Origin: Shigella phage ESh24
Length of the DNA stretch: 64,000 nt
Strand: one strand, 5' to 3'
Sequence record: ON528734
Shown one piece after another: positions 21,152 to 28,792 of the stretch. Each line of letters opens with the position of its first letter. Position 1 is the first letter of the stretch. The translations under genes and the position numbers were made by a program. The notes below the pieces were generated by a model. The model was not told where the DNA came from, did not search any database, and saw only the letters and a list, made by a program, of their open reading frames with translations.

Positions 21152-21393
21152 GTTCATTATGGTGGTGTTTTGTTTGGTTAATTAGTATTCCAGTAATTTG
21201 TTTAACATTTACTTTTGTGATGAGGTTATTATGAAAATTATGAATTCTGTACTTATTGCTTGCGCGTGGTGGGTTGCACAGGTTTCAGCGGTAGTAGTTG
21301 GTATTCACATTTATTACGAATATTTTTAAAAAGCTGTTTACAAGACTGTTCTTCCGTGGTACTATTACCCTATCAACTACGGAGGAACAGAAA

Positions 21394-21507
21394 ATGAAAA
21401 AGATTATTAAAGCTATATGGAATGTAGTTATAATACTAATAGTTTTGAGTATATTCCCAATCGTTTTAATGATTGATGTATTAAACGCTTACTTTGGATT
21501 TATGTGA
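21394..21507 (+). CDS. hypothetical small membrane protein
   Basis: 37-aa hydrophobic ORF after same promoter/RBS cassette. Confidence 0.3.
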   Translation: MKKIIKAIWNVVIILIVLSIFPIVLMIDVLNAYFGFM

Positions 21508-21514
21508 GGAAAAT

Positions 21515-21712
21515 ATGAAGCGTAAACGCAGTGCTTTTACATTTATTGAATGGTTTTTCGATAATATTTTTCCGGCTTTATTCATTTTCATGCTGATTTT
21601 TGCCTTAGGTTCAGTTGTAGTTGGAATCTATTTGATGGCGGTAGTCGGAATGGATATTCATCAAAATGGTTTAAAATCCGTAGTTGAAACAATTTGGAAT
21701 GGTGTAAAATGA
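21515..21712 (+). CDS. hypothetical small membrane protein
   Basis: 65 aa, one TM segment. Confidence 0.35.
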   Translation: MKRKRSAFTFIEWFFDNIFPALFIFMLIFALGSVVVGIYLMAVVGMDIHQNGLKSVVETIWNGVK

Positions 21713-21827
21713 TGAATTTGTTGAGCGGTTGGTTTTATATTCTTATGTTTTACATTGGTGCAAATTTTCCATATTGGATGGGATGGTCAACAACTGCATT
21801 TGGATTTTATACTCCTTGAGGTGAATT

Positions 21828-22043
21828 ATGAAAAGTTTTAAAGATGTAAAAGTTGGTGAAATTTTCTGTTTAGATAACGGTGATCAGTTAATTCGTATTT
21901 CACCTCTTAAGAGCACTAGCGAGAAACCGACAGTTAATGCTACTTTAGCAAATAACAGTAACGAACGTTTCTGTATTGAAAGTGATACTGAAACTTATAC
22001 TGTAGAAGAGTTTTGGGAATTGAGCGTCGCCTGCGACGATTAA
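21828..22043 (+). CDS. hypothetical protein
   Basis: 71-aa ORF. Confidence 0.4.
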   Translation: MKSFKDVKVGEIFCLDNGDQLIRISPLKSTSEKPTVNATLANNSNERFCIESDTETYTVEEFWELSVACDD

Positions 22044-22103
22044 TTTAATGGCCGTGTGTATTCATGCGGCCTTGGAGTAGAAAATAATTTAGAGGAAATT
22101 AAT

Positions 22104-22562
22104 ATGAAATACATGACTGTTACTGATCTGAATAATGCAGGCGCTACTGTTATTGGTACAATCAAGGGCGGTGAGTGGTTTTTGGGAACTCCGCATAAAG
22201 ATATTTTATCTAAACCTGGATTTTACTTTTTAGTGAGTAAATTAGATGGTCGTCCATTTAGTAATCCATGTGTGTCTGCACGATTTTATGTGGGTAATCA
22301 GCGTTCTAAGCAAGGATTCAGCGCAGTTCTAAGTCATATTCGTCAACGCCGGTCTCAACTTGCGCGTACTATTGCAAATAACAATGTTCCATACACAGTA
22401 TTTTATCTGCCTGCTTCTAAGATGAAACCTCTGACGACGGGATTTGGTAAAGGTCAGTTAGCTTTAGCGTTTACTCGTAATCATCATTCTGAGTATCAAA
22501 CACTTGAAGAAATGAACCGTATGTTGGCTGATAACTTTAAATTTGTTTTACAGGCATATTAA
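22104..22562 (+). CDS. ndd: nucleoid disruption protein Ndd
   Basis: 152 aa from ATG 22104; position and size match T4 ndd. Confidence 0.75.
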   Translation: MKYMTVTDLNNAGATVIGTIKGGEWFLGTPHKDILSKPGFYFLVSKLDGRPFSNPCVSARFYVGNQRSKQGFSAVLSHIRQRRSQLARTIANNNVPYTVFYLPASKMKPLTTGFGKGQLALAFTRNHHSEYQTLEEMNRMLADNFKFVLQAY

Positions 22563-22642
22563 TGAGTAATTTCCACAACGAACACGTGATGCAGTTCTAT
22601 CGTAATAATTTTAAAACTAAAGGCGTCTTCGGACGCCAGTGA
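22562..22642 (+). CDS. stp: Stp peptide (26 aa)
   Basis: [26 protein letters not shown], 26 codons, ATG overlapping ndd stop; matches T4 Stp as recalled. Confidence 0.8.
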   Translation: MSNFHNEHVMQFYRNNFKTKGVFGRQ

Positions 22643-22949
22643 GGAAAATATGGTTATTCTGGTTTTTTATTGAACTTATTACGGCTATTGTCTGTTCGGT
22701 TTGCTTCTTTTTAGGCATGTGGACCCCAGGTTCAGTATTCTTAAGTTTTCTGTTTATTGCCTGGGTGCTTTCTACTTCTGTTGGCTTACTTAAGATGATT
22801 AAAAATGATTAAGAAAATCTTGGGCTATTCATTAGCCCTTGCTATTTTATTAATAGCGTTATATTATGGAGTAATGTTCGGATTAATTCAAGTCGTGCTT
22901 TTCATTTCTGATGTTATTATGGCACTACATTCACTAGTATGGTAAATTT

Positions 22950-24278
22950 ATGCAACTGAATAATCGCGATTTAAAAAGTATCATTGATAATGAAGCATTG
23001 GCTTATGCTATGTACACGGTTGAAAATCGTGCTATCCCAAATATGATTGACGGATTTAAGCCAGTTCAACGATTTGTTATTGCTCGAGCTCTTGATTTGG
23101 CACGAGGAAATAAAGATAAGTTTCACAAACTCGCTTCTATTGCAGGTGGTGTAGCGGACCTTGGATATCATCATGGTGAAAACTCTGCGCAAGACGCAGG
23201 TGCTTTAATGGCTAACACTTGGAATAATAACTTTCCTCTGTTAGATGGTCAAGGAAACTTTGGTTCTCGTACCGTCCAAAAAGCAGCAGCAAGTCGTTAT
23301 ATTTTTGCTCGTGTAAGTAAAAATTTCTATAACGTATATAAAGATACTGAATATGCTCCGGTACATCAAGATAAAGAACACATTCCGCCTGCTTTCTATT
23401 TGCCTATTATTCCTACTGTTCTTCTTAATGGCGTTTCCGGTATTGCAACTGGTTATGCAACTTACATTCTTCCTCATAGTGTTTCTTCTGTCAAGAAAGC
23501 TGTACTACAAGCTCTTCAAGGAAAGAAAGTAACTAAACCGAAGGTAGAATTCCCAGAATTTCGTGGTAAAGTCGTTGAAATTGATGGGCAATATGAAATT
23601 CGTGGAACATATAAGTTTACTTCACGAACTCAAATGCATATCACTGAGATTCCGTATAAGTATGATCGTGAAACTTATGTGAGTAAAATCTTAGACCCAC
23701 TTGAAGATAAAGGCTTCATTACATGGGATGATGCTTGTGGTGAGCACGGCTTCGGCTTTAAAGTTAAATTCCGTAAAGAATATTCTTTGAGCGATAATGA
23801 AGAAGAACGCCATGCAAAAATTATGAAAGACTTCGGGTTGATTGAGCGTCGTTCTCAGAATATTACGGTTATTAATGAGAAAGGAAAGCTACAAGTTTAC
23901 GATAACGTAGTCGATTTAATTAAAGACTTTGTTGAAGTTCGTAAAACTTATGTCAAAAAACGAATTGATAACAAAATCAAAGAAACTGAATCAGCTTTTC
24001 GTTTAGCCTTTGCCAAGGCACATTTCATTAAGAAAGTAATTTCAGGTGAAATTGTTGTACAAGGTAAAACTCGTAAAGAACTAACCGAAGAACTTTCTAA
24101 AATTGATATGTATTCTTCTTATGTTGATAAACTAGTCGGAATGAATATTTTTCATATGACTTCCGACGAAGCAAAGAAACTTGCTGAAGAAGCAAAAGCT
24201 AAAAAAGAAGAAAACGAATATTGGAAAACTACTGATGTAGTTACAGAATACACCAAAGATTTAGAGGAAATCAAATGA
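22950..24278 (+). CDS. 52: DNA topoisomerase II medium subunit gp52
   Basis: 442 aa, GyrA-like N-terminus; T4 gp52 length. Confidence 0.9.
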   Translation: MQLNNRDLKSIIDNEALAYAMYTVENRAIPNMIDGFKPVQRFVIARALDLARGNKDKFHKLASIAGGVADLGYHHGENSAQDAGALMANTWNNNFPLLDGQGNFGSRTVQKAAASRYIFARVSKNFYNVYKDTEYAPVHQDKEHIPPAFYLPIIPTVLLNGVSGIATGYATYILPHSVSSVKKAVLQALQGKKVTKPKVEFPEFRGKVVEIDGQYEIRGTYKFTSRTQMHITEIPYKYDRETYVSKILDPLEDKGFITWDDACGEHGFGFKVKFRKEYSLSDNEEERHAKIMKDFGLIERRSQNITVINEKGKLQVYDNVVDLIKDFVEVRKTYVKKRIDNKIKETESAFRLAFAKAHFIKKVISGEIVVQGKTRKELTEELSKIDMYSSYVDKLVGMNIFHMTSDEAKKLAEEAKAKKEENEYWKTTDVVTEYTKDLEEIK

Positions 24279-24424
24279 GTCCATTCATAGGTATTACAAG
24301 CGCTGCATTAGTATCTGGTAGCATTTTACTGGCGGGTTTAGGCGTTGTTCCAGCCGTAGCAGGAGGTCTTCTTGCGTTCGGAATTCAACGTGTTATCATG
24401 ACAGTTATCACAGTCATGCAGTAA
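24275..24424 (+). CDS. hypothetical small membrane protein (52.1 position)
   Basis: 49 codons, Gly/Ala-rich TM peptide, ATG overlapping gene 52 stop. Confidence 0.35.
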   Translation: MSPFIGITSAALVSGSILLAGLGVVPAVAGGLLAFGIQRVIMTVITVMQ

Positions 24425-24429
24425 TTTTA

Positions 24430-24456
24430 GGGAGAGCCTCGGCTCTCCCTTTTTTA
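24430..24456 (+). terminator. intrinsic terminator
   Basis: GGGAGAGCCTCGGCTCTCCC + TTTTTTATTTT. Confidence 0.7.
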
Positions 24457-24480
24457 TTTTAAAATTTTTTTCACAAAACG

Positions 24481-24510
24481 GTTTACAACCAAAGCATACT
24501 GTGGTACTAT
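24481..24510 (+). promoter_or_regulatory. T4-type early promoter upstream of motA
   Basis: GTTTAC 24481-24486, TGGTACTAT 24502-24510. Confidence 0.55.
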
Positions 24511-24551
24511 ACAACTATCAACTACTGATACAGAATTACGGAGATTAGAAA

Positions 24552-25187
24552 ATGTCTAAAGTAACTTACATCATCAAAGCTTCTAACGATGTTCTGAATG
24601 AAAAAACTGCTGCGATTTTAATTACTATTGCTAAGAAAGATTTCATTACAGCCGCAGAAGTTCGTGAGGTGCATCCAGATTTAGGTAACGCAGTAGTTAA
24701 TAGTAATATTGGGGTGTTGATTAAAAAAGGCCTGGTGGAGAAATCTGGTGATGGATTAATCATTACTGGTGAAGCTCAGGATATTATTTCAAATGCAGCA
24801 ACTTTATATGCACAAGAAAATGCTCCGGAACTGCTGAAAAAACGAGCAACTCGTAAAGCTCGCGAGATTACTTCCGATATGGAAGAAGATAAAGACTTCA
24901 TGTTAAAACTTTTAGATGAAAATGGATTTATTCTTAAAAAGGTTGAAACTTACCGCAGTAACTATCTTGCTATTTTAGAAAAACGCACTCACGGAATTCG
25001 CAATTTTGAAATTAACAATAATGGAAATATGCGAATTTTTGGATATAAAATGATGGAACATCATATTCAGAAATTTACTGATATCGGAATGTCATGTAAA
25101 ATCGCTAAAAACGGTAATGTGTATCTTGACATTAAACGCTCGGCAGAAAACATTGAAGCAGTAATCACCGTAGCATCTGAACTGTGA
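24552..25187 (+). CDS. motA: middle-transcription activator MotA
   Basis: 211 aa, T4 MotA length, next to asiA/52. Confidence 0.85.
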   Translation: MSKVTYIIKASNDVLNEKTAAILITIAKKDFITAAEVREVHPDLGNAVVNSNIGVLIKKGLVEKSGDGLIITGEAQDIISNAATLYAQENAPELLKKRATRKAREITSDMEEDKDFMLKLLDENGFILKKVETYRSNYLAILEKRTHGIRNFEINNNGNMRIFGYKMMEHHIQKFTDIGMSCKIAKNGNVYLDIKRSAENIEAVITVASEL

Positions 25188-25197
25188 GGAATAAATA

Positions 25198-25527
25198 ATG
25201 AACAAGTTAGAAATTGTTAATGAACTTCGTCGTTGTGCAGAACCCACTCAAGAGGGGTGGGACATCTGGTATCATGGAGCTTATCTTGGAACTATCGTAA
25301 AGATTAAGACTGGCAAATACATGATTATTCGTGAAAGTAAAGATGCTCCAGTAGGTATTCGCAATAATTTCATGGCAGCGATAAGTTCCTTTACGGATTC
25401 AGCTTACGAAATTTACCTTGCTGATTATAAAGAATTCCAGGAATCTCAACCAGTTATTCGTTCAATTGGTGTTAACAAAGCTCAACAGAAAACTTTGTGG
25501 CAACGTATTAAAGGATGGTTTAAATGA
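25198..25527 (+). CDS. hypothetical protein
   Basis: 109-aa ORF. Confidence 0.5.
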   Translation: MNKLEIVNELRRCAEPTQEGWDIWYHGAYLGTIVKIKTGKYMIIRESKDAPVGIRNNFMAAISSFTDSAYEIYLADYKEFQESQPVIRSIGVNKAQQKTLWQRIKGWFK

Positions 25528-25985
25528 AAACTTTTAAAGAACGTTTAGCTCTGTTAGATAAAGCTTTGTTACGTGAGACTCCGGAAAGTCTGGCTGCTAA
25601 ATTAGCTTCTTACGGCGGTGAATATACAGAACAAAATGTTTTAGATGAAGTTCCTGAAATCTGTTGGCAGACTGCATATTGGGATGAAAACCAAAAGTAT
25701 CAACGACGAATTGTCTGTGCAGCCAACCGTTTTAAATTAAAAGATGGACGAACTCTTATTATTCCGGGTGCTCGTCATTATTCTAAAGATATGGCAGCAG
25801 TTTTAGATGTAGTTAAACCTCAATTAGTTACTCAACAAGTTTGTGATGATGACCAAGGGTTTATTGACCAATATAGTAATTATTGGACACGTGAAGAAGC
25901 AATGATTATTGCAACTTACGCTGGACAAGTACGTATTGAACGTGGTGGTAGTGAAAAAGAACTTTACTCTGAGGACCTTTACTAA
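25524..25985 (+). CDS. hypothetical protein
   Basis: 153-aa ORF. Confidence 0.5.
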   Translation: MKTFKERLALLDKALLRETPESLAAKLASYGGEYTEQNVLDEVPEICWQTAYWDENQKYQRRIVCAANRFKLKDGRTLIIPGARHYSKDMAAVLDVVKPQLVTQQVCDDDQGFIDQYSNYWTREEAMIIATYAGQVRIERGGSEKELYSEDLY

Positions 25986-26281
25986 TGAATATTAAAAAGT
26001 TTCAAATTGATGGAATTATGAATCAAATCCAGGCGCTGGAATATGCCAATAAAATGATGTCAACTAATTGGGGAATTTATACCAATGAACCTGCATTTCA
26101 GTTTTGTGATATGGAATTAACTAAAAAGCTCGTAGGAAAAGATTATGTATGTCCATTTAGTTCTCCAGTAAATGGAATGTTAAAACCTGCTTTACGCGAT
26201 CTTTATATTGCGATGAATGAAGAGATGATAAAAGATCTAAAACGTCAACTGAAGGTAATTCAATTTGGCCAGGGAAATTAA
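25985..26281 (+). CDS. hypothetical protein
   Basis: 98-aa ORF. Confidence 0.5.
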   Translation: MNIKKFQIDGIMNQIQALEYANKMMSTNWGIYTNEPAFQFCDMELTKKLVGKDYVCPFSSPVNGMLKPALRDLYIAMNEEMIKDLKRQLKVIQFGQGN

Positions 26282-26483
26282 TTCAAAATCCGATTATTTT
26301 AATTCTCTCAATGATAAAGATAAAAATCTAATACGGCATTTTATTGTTGAGATGGGATATACTGACACACGTGATTTAAGAGAACATATATTTGAATGTG
26401 GTGTAGCTAAAAAGTTTTCATTCACATGCAAATGTTTGAGAGAGGTAATTCAGCACTATGAACAATTTAGTCGCAAAACATAA
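26265..26483 (+). CDS. hypothetical protein (start uncertain, TTG or internal ATG)
   Basis: 72-codon ORF from TTG; ATG at 26352 would give 43 aa. Confidence 0.3.
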   Translation: MAREINSKSDYFNSLNDKDKNLIRHFIVEMGYTDTRDLREHIFECGVAKKFSFTCKCLREVIQHYEQFSRKT

Positions 26484-26566
26484 TTTTAATAAAGCTTCTG
26501 TCCATAAAGATAAGAAGAAAGCGTTTAAAGAATCTAATCGCAAACAGAAACATAAGGGGAAGGTCT

Positions 26567-26846
26567 ATGATTATTGATTCTCAATCTGTGGTTCAATATA
26601 CAATCAAAATTGATATTCTAGAAAAGCTATATAAGTTTTCTACCAAATTTATACCATTCAATTGTTAATGAATTAGTTGAAGAATTACATCTTGAGAATA
26701 ACGATTTCTTGATTGGAACTTATAAAGACCTCTCAAAAGCAGGATATTTTTACGTAATTCCAGCTCCAGGAAAAAGTATTGATGATATATTAAAAACTAT
26801 AATGATTTACGTCCATGATTACGAAATTGAAGATTATTTCGAATGA
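26567..26846 (+). pseudogene. arn: arn-like acidic ORF interrupted by a +1 frame break
   Basis: ATG 26567 with RBS AAGGGGAAGG; frame stops after 33 codons at 26666-26668 while the +1 frame continues 60 more codons to TGA 26844-26846; combined about 92 aa. Confidence 0.4.
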
Positions 26847-26995
26847 GTCATAATCTTGAAAAGGTAATCGAGCACAATGTAGCTCAGGAACGTGAGTCGT
26901 TCAAGGAATTCGTAGAAAAAATTTTTGAAGAAAATAACACAGACCAGTTTACAAATCAAGCGTCTGATGATATTATAACAAAGTCAACTAATTGA
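26843..26995 (+). CDS. hypothetical small acidic protein
   Basis: 50 codons immediately upstream of asiA. Confidence 0.35.
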   Translation: MSHNLEKVIEHNVAQERESFKEFVEKIFEENNTDQFTNQASDDIITKSTN

Positions 26996-27007
26996 GTGGT
27001 ATAGTTA

Positions 27008-27280
27008 ATGAATAAAAACATTGATACAGTTCGTGAAATTATTACTGTTGCATCTATTTTGATTAAATTTTCCAGAGAAGATATTGTTGAGAATCGTGCT
27101 AATTTTATTGCATTTCTGAATGAGATTGGAGTAACGCATGAAGGTAGAAAGTTAAATCAGAATTCATTCCGTAAAATTGTTTCTGAATTAACCCAAGAAG
27201 ATAAGAAAACCCTCATCGACGAATTCAACGAGGGTTTTGAGAGTGTATATCGATATCTAGAGATGTATACGAACAAATAA
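27008..27280 (+). CDS. asiA: anti-sigma70 factor AsiA
   Basis: 90 aa MNKNIDTVREIITVASILIKF...; matches T4 AsiA as recalled. Confidence 0.9.
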   Translation: MNKNIDTVREIITVASILIKFSREDIVENRANFIAFLNEIGVTHEGRKLNQNSFRKIVSELTQEDKKTLIDEFNEGFESVYRYLEMYTNK

Positions 27281-27937
27281 TTATTTAGCCCTTCCTAATA
27301 TTCTGGCCGCCTGAGCACATATTGATTCAAGGCGGTCATTACTTATATGATCATTTCTATACCAGTACATGGTTATCGTTCCAGCATAGATATTATCCAA
27401 ATTAAAATATGGACAACTGTACATGTAGTTTATTTCGGGAGTAGGCTTTTTAGTTGGTAAAAAAGCAAATTTTGAGTTGGAATAATAATGACGTCCATTT
27501 AAATGAACTATATATTCATCCATAGTTTTATCAACAGGATATCCTCCAAGTGATTTTTCACTTATTGTTGAAGGTAATTTTCCTTCATATGCTATAATAT
27601 CAACAAAATAGTTTAAGTTTTTAGGGCGGAAAGAATACACCGCACTAAAGTCTGCCTCAGATGATATATGAACTATCTGGAGTTGTTCCAGGGCGACAGA
27701 TTCAAAGCGTGCATTTCTTTCCTTTTCAATAATTTCACTGTATGTTTCATACTTTGATTGCTTATAGTACTCAAAGAAACTATCTCCCCTATACCAAACA
27801 ATCGCCATTATAAACAAAAGAATTACGACAGCTACCCGGGAAGCAAGAACCTTCCCGGTAGCATTATCTTTGAACAAGCGATCTAGAACACCCAACAGAA
27901 TATCAGAGGGCGAAAATGATATTCTAGGTGCTGCCAT
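27281..27937 (-). CDS. t: holin T
   Basis: 218 aa with single N-terminal TM and large periplasmic domain; T4 t length. Confidence 0.9.
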   Translation of the reverse strand: MAAPRISFSPSDILLGVLDRLFKDNATGKVLASRVAVVILLFIMAIVWYRGDSFFEYYKQSKYETYSEIIEKERNARFESVALEQLQIVHISSEADFSAVYSFRPKNLNYFVDIIAYEGKLPSTISEKSLGGYPVDKTMDEYIVHLNGRHYYSNSKFAFLPTKKPTPEINYMYSCPYFNLDNIYAGTITMYWYRNDHISNDRLESICAQAARILGRAK

Positions 27938-27955
27938 AGACCCTCCTTTTAAGGA

Positions 27956-27963
27956 TATTTATA
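27956..27963 (-). promoter_or_regulatory. late promoter TATAAATA for t
   Basis: plus-strand TATTTATA, about 20 nt upstream of t start. Confidence 0.55.
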
Positions 27964-27982
27964 TGCTGAGAGGTATTACCAT

Positions 27983-28762
27983 TTAAATCCAGGAACCATA
28001 GATCGTGCCTGTTGCACCCCATGATGGCGAAGAACCGAATACCGCTCTACCTGGAGCACCACCGCCGGATCTAGATAAGTGATTACCCCATCCATCTCCA
28101 CCCCGACCTCCAGCATCACCGCCATTGCCACCGCCAAATTGACTTGTATTACCACCGCCGCCTGGACCGTCATAACTAGCATTGCCACCAGGCCAATTAA
28201 CACCACCGCCACCGAGACCAAATGGTCTGCCACCGCCACCACCAGCTGTAGCATACGCGTCCCAGCTATTCTTTAACGACACTGCACCACCGCCACCGCC
28301 GCCTGATGCAATAACGCCATAGTTCCAAATGCGGAGTCGTCCACCAATATCATTTTGGATTACGTCGCCACCATTAGTGCCTGGGCTTCCATTTACGCTA
28401 CCATTACCACCTCGGCCCCACATATGAACACCACCATGAATATTCAAAGTAACATATTCGTTAGGAGTATCACCATACATGAAGAATAAAGGAACGTCTT
28501 TAGAATATGATACTAAGTTGCCTGTGATATTAAACACTATAGGAGCGCCACCGGCTTCAAAACAACGGTCACGGAACCATTGACCATTAAAGTTATGGTC
28601 TGCTCCAAGAGTGTGAATAATTTCTCTTGAACGTCCAGCGAATTGTGACATCCAAGATGGGTTCCCTAGACGTAATTCTCTAGAAGCTGCTGACATCCAA
28701 CGTTGACCTGTTTCAGCCACTGCTGATGTTCCAATCCAACCAGGTATTCCTACTACTGCCAT
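27983..28762 (-). CDS. 38: gp38 receptor-recognising adhesin (T2-type, glycine-rich motifs)
   Basis: 259 aa; conserved N-terminal region then poly-Gly blocks ([30 protein letters not shown]) separating variable segments. Confidence 0.8.
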   Translation of the reverse strand: MAVVGIPGWIGTSAVAETGQRWMSAASRELRLGNPSWMSQFAGRSREIIHTLGADHNFNGQWFRDRCFEAGGAPIVFNITGNLVSYSKDVPLFFMYGDTPNEYVTLNIHGGVHMWGRGGNGSVNGSPGTNGGDVIQNDIGGRLRIWNYGVIASGGGGGGAVSLKNSWDAYATAGGGGGRPFGLGGGGVNWPGGNASYDGPGGGGNTSQFGGGNGGDAGGRGGDGWGNHLSRSGGGAPGRAVFGSSPSWGATGTIYGSWI

Positions 28763-28773
28763 AAAAACCTCCA

Positions 28774-28789
28774 GGGCCCGAAGGCCCTT
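28774..28789 (-). terminator. hairpin between genes 37 and 38 (attenuator-like), immediately before the gp38 RBS
   Basis: AGGGCCCGAAGGCCCT in the 30-bp gap between gp37 stop and gp38 start. Confidence 0.45.
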
Positions 28790-28792
28790 TTA

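Noticed and set aside
22618-22640. Terminator between stp and the next small ORF
   Set aside because: The hairpin GGCGTCTTCGGACGCC lies inside the stp coding sequence and lacks a clear U-run; more likely an RNA stability or processing element than a terminator.
27976-28254. 92-aa minus-strand ORF and 65-aa plus-strand ORF (28079-28276) overlapping gene 38
   Set aside because: Alternative-frame or antisense readings of the GC-rich poly-Gly codon repeats of gp38; no RBS; low-complexity products.
28079-28330. GGT/GGC/GCC-rich nucleotide repeats that look like a tandem repeat or CRISPR-like array
   Set aside because: Irregular in length and spacing; they encode the glycine-rich motifs of gp38; no repeat-spacer periodicity anywhere in the window.
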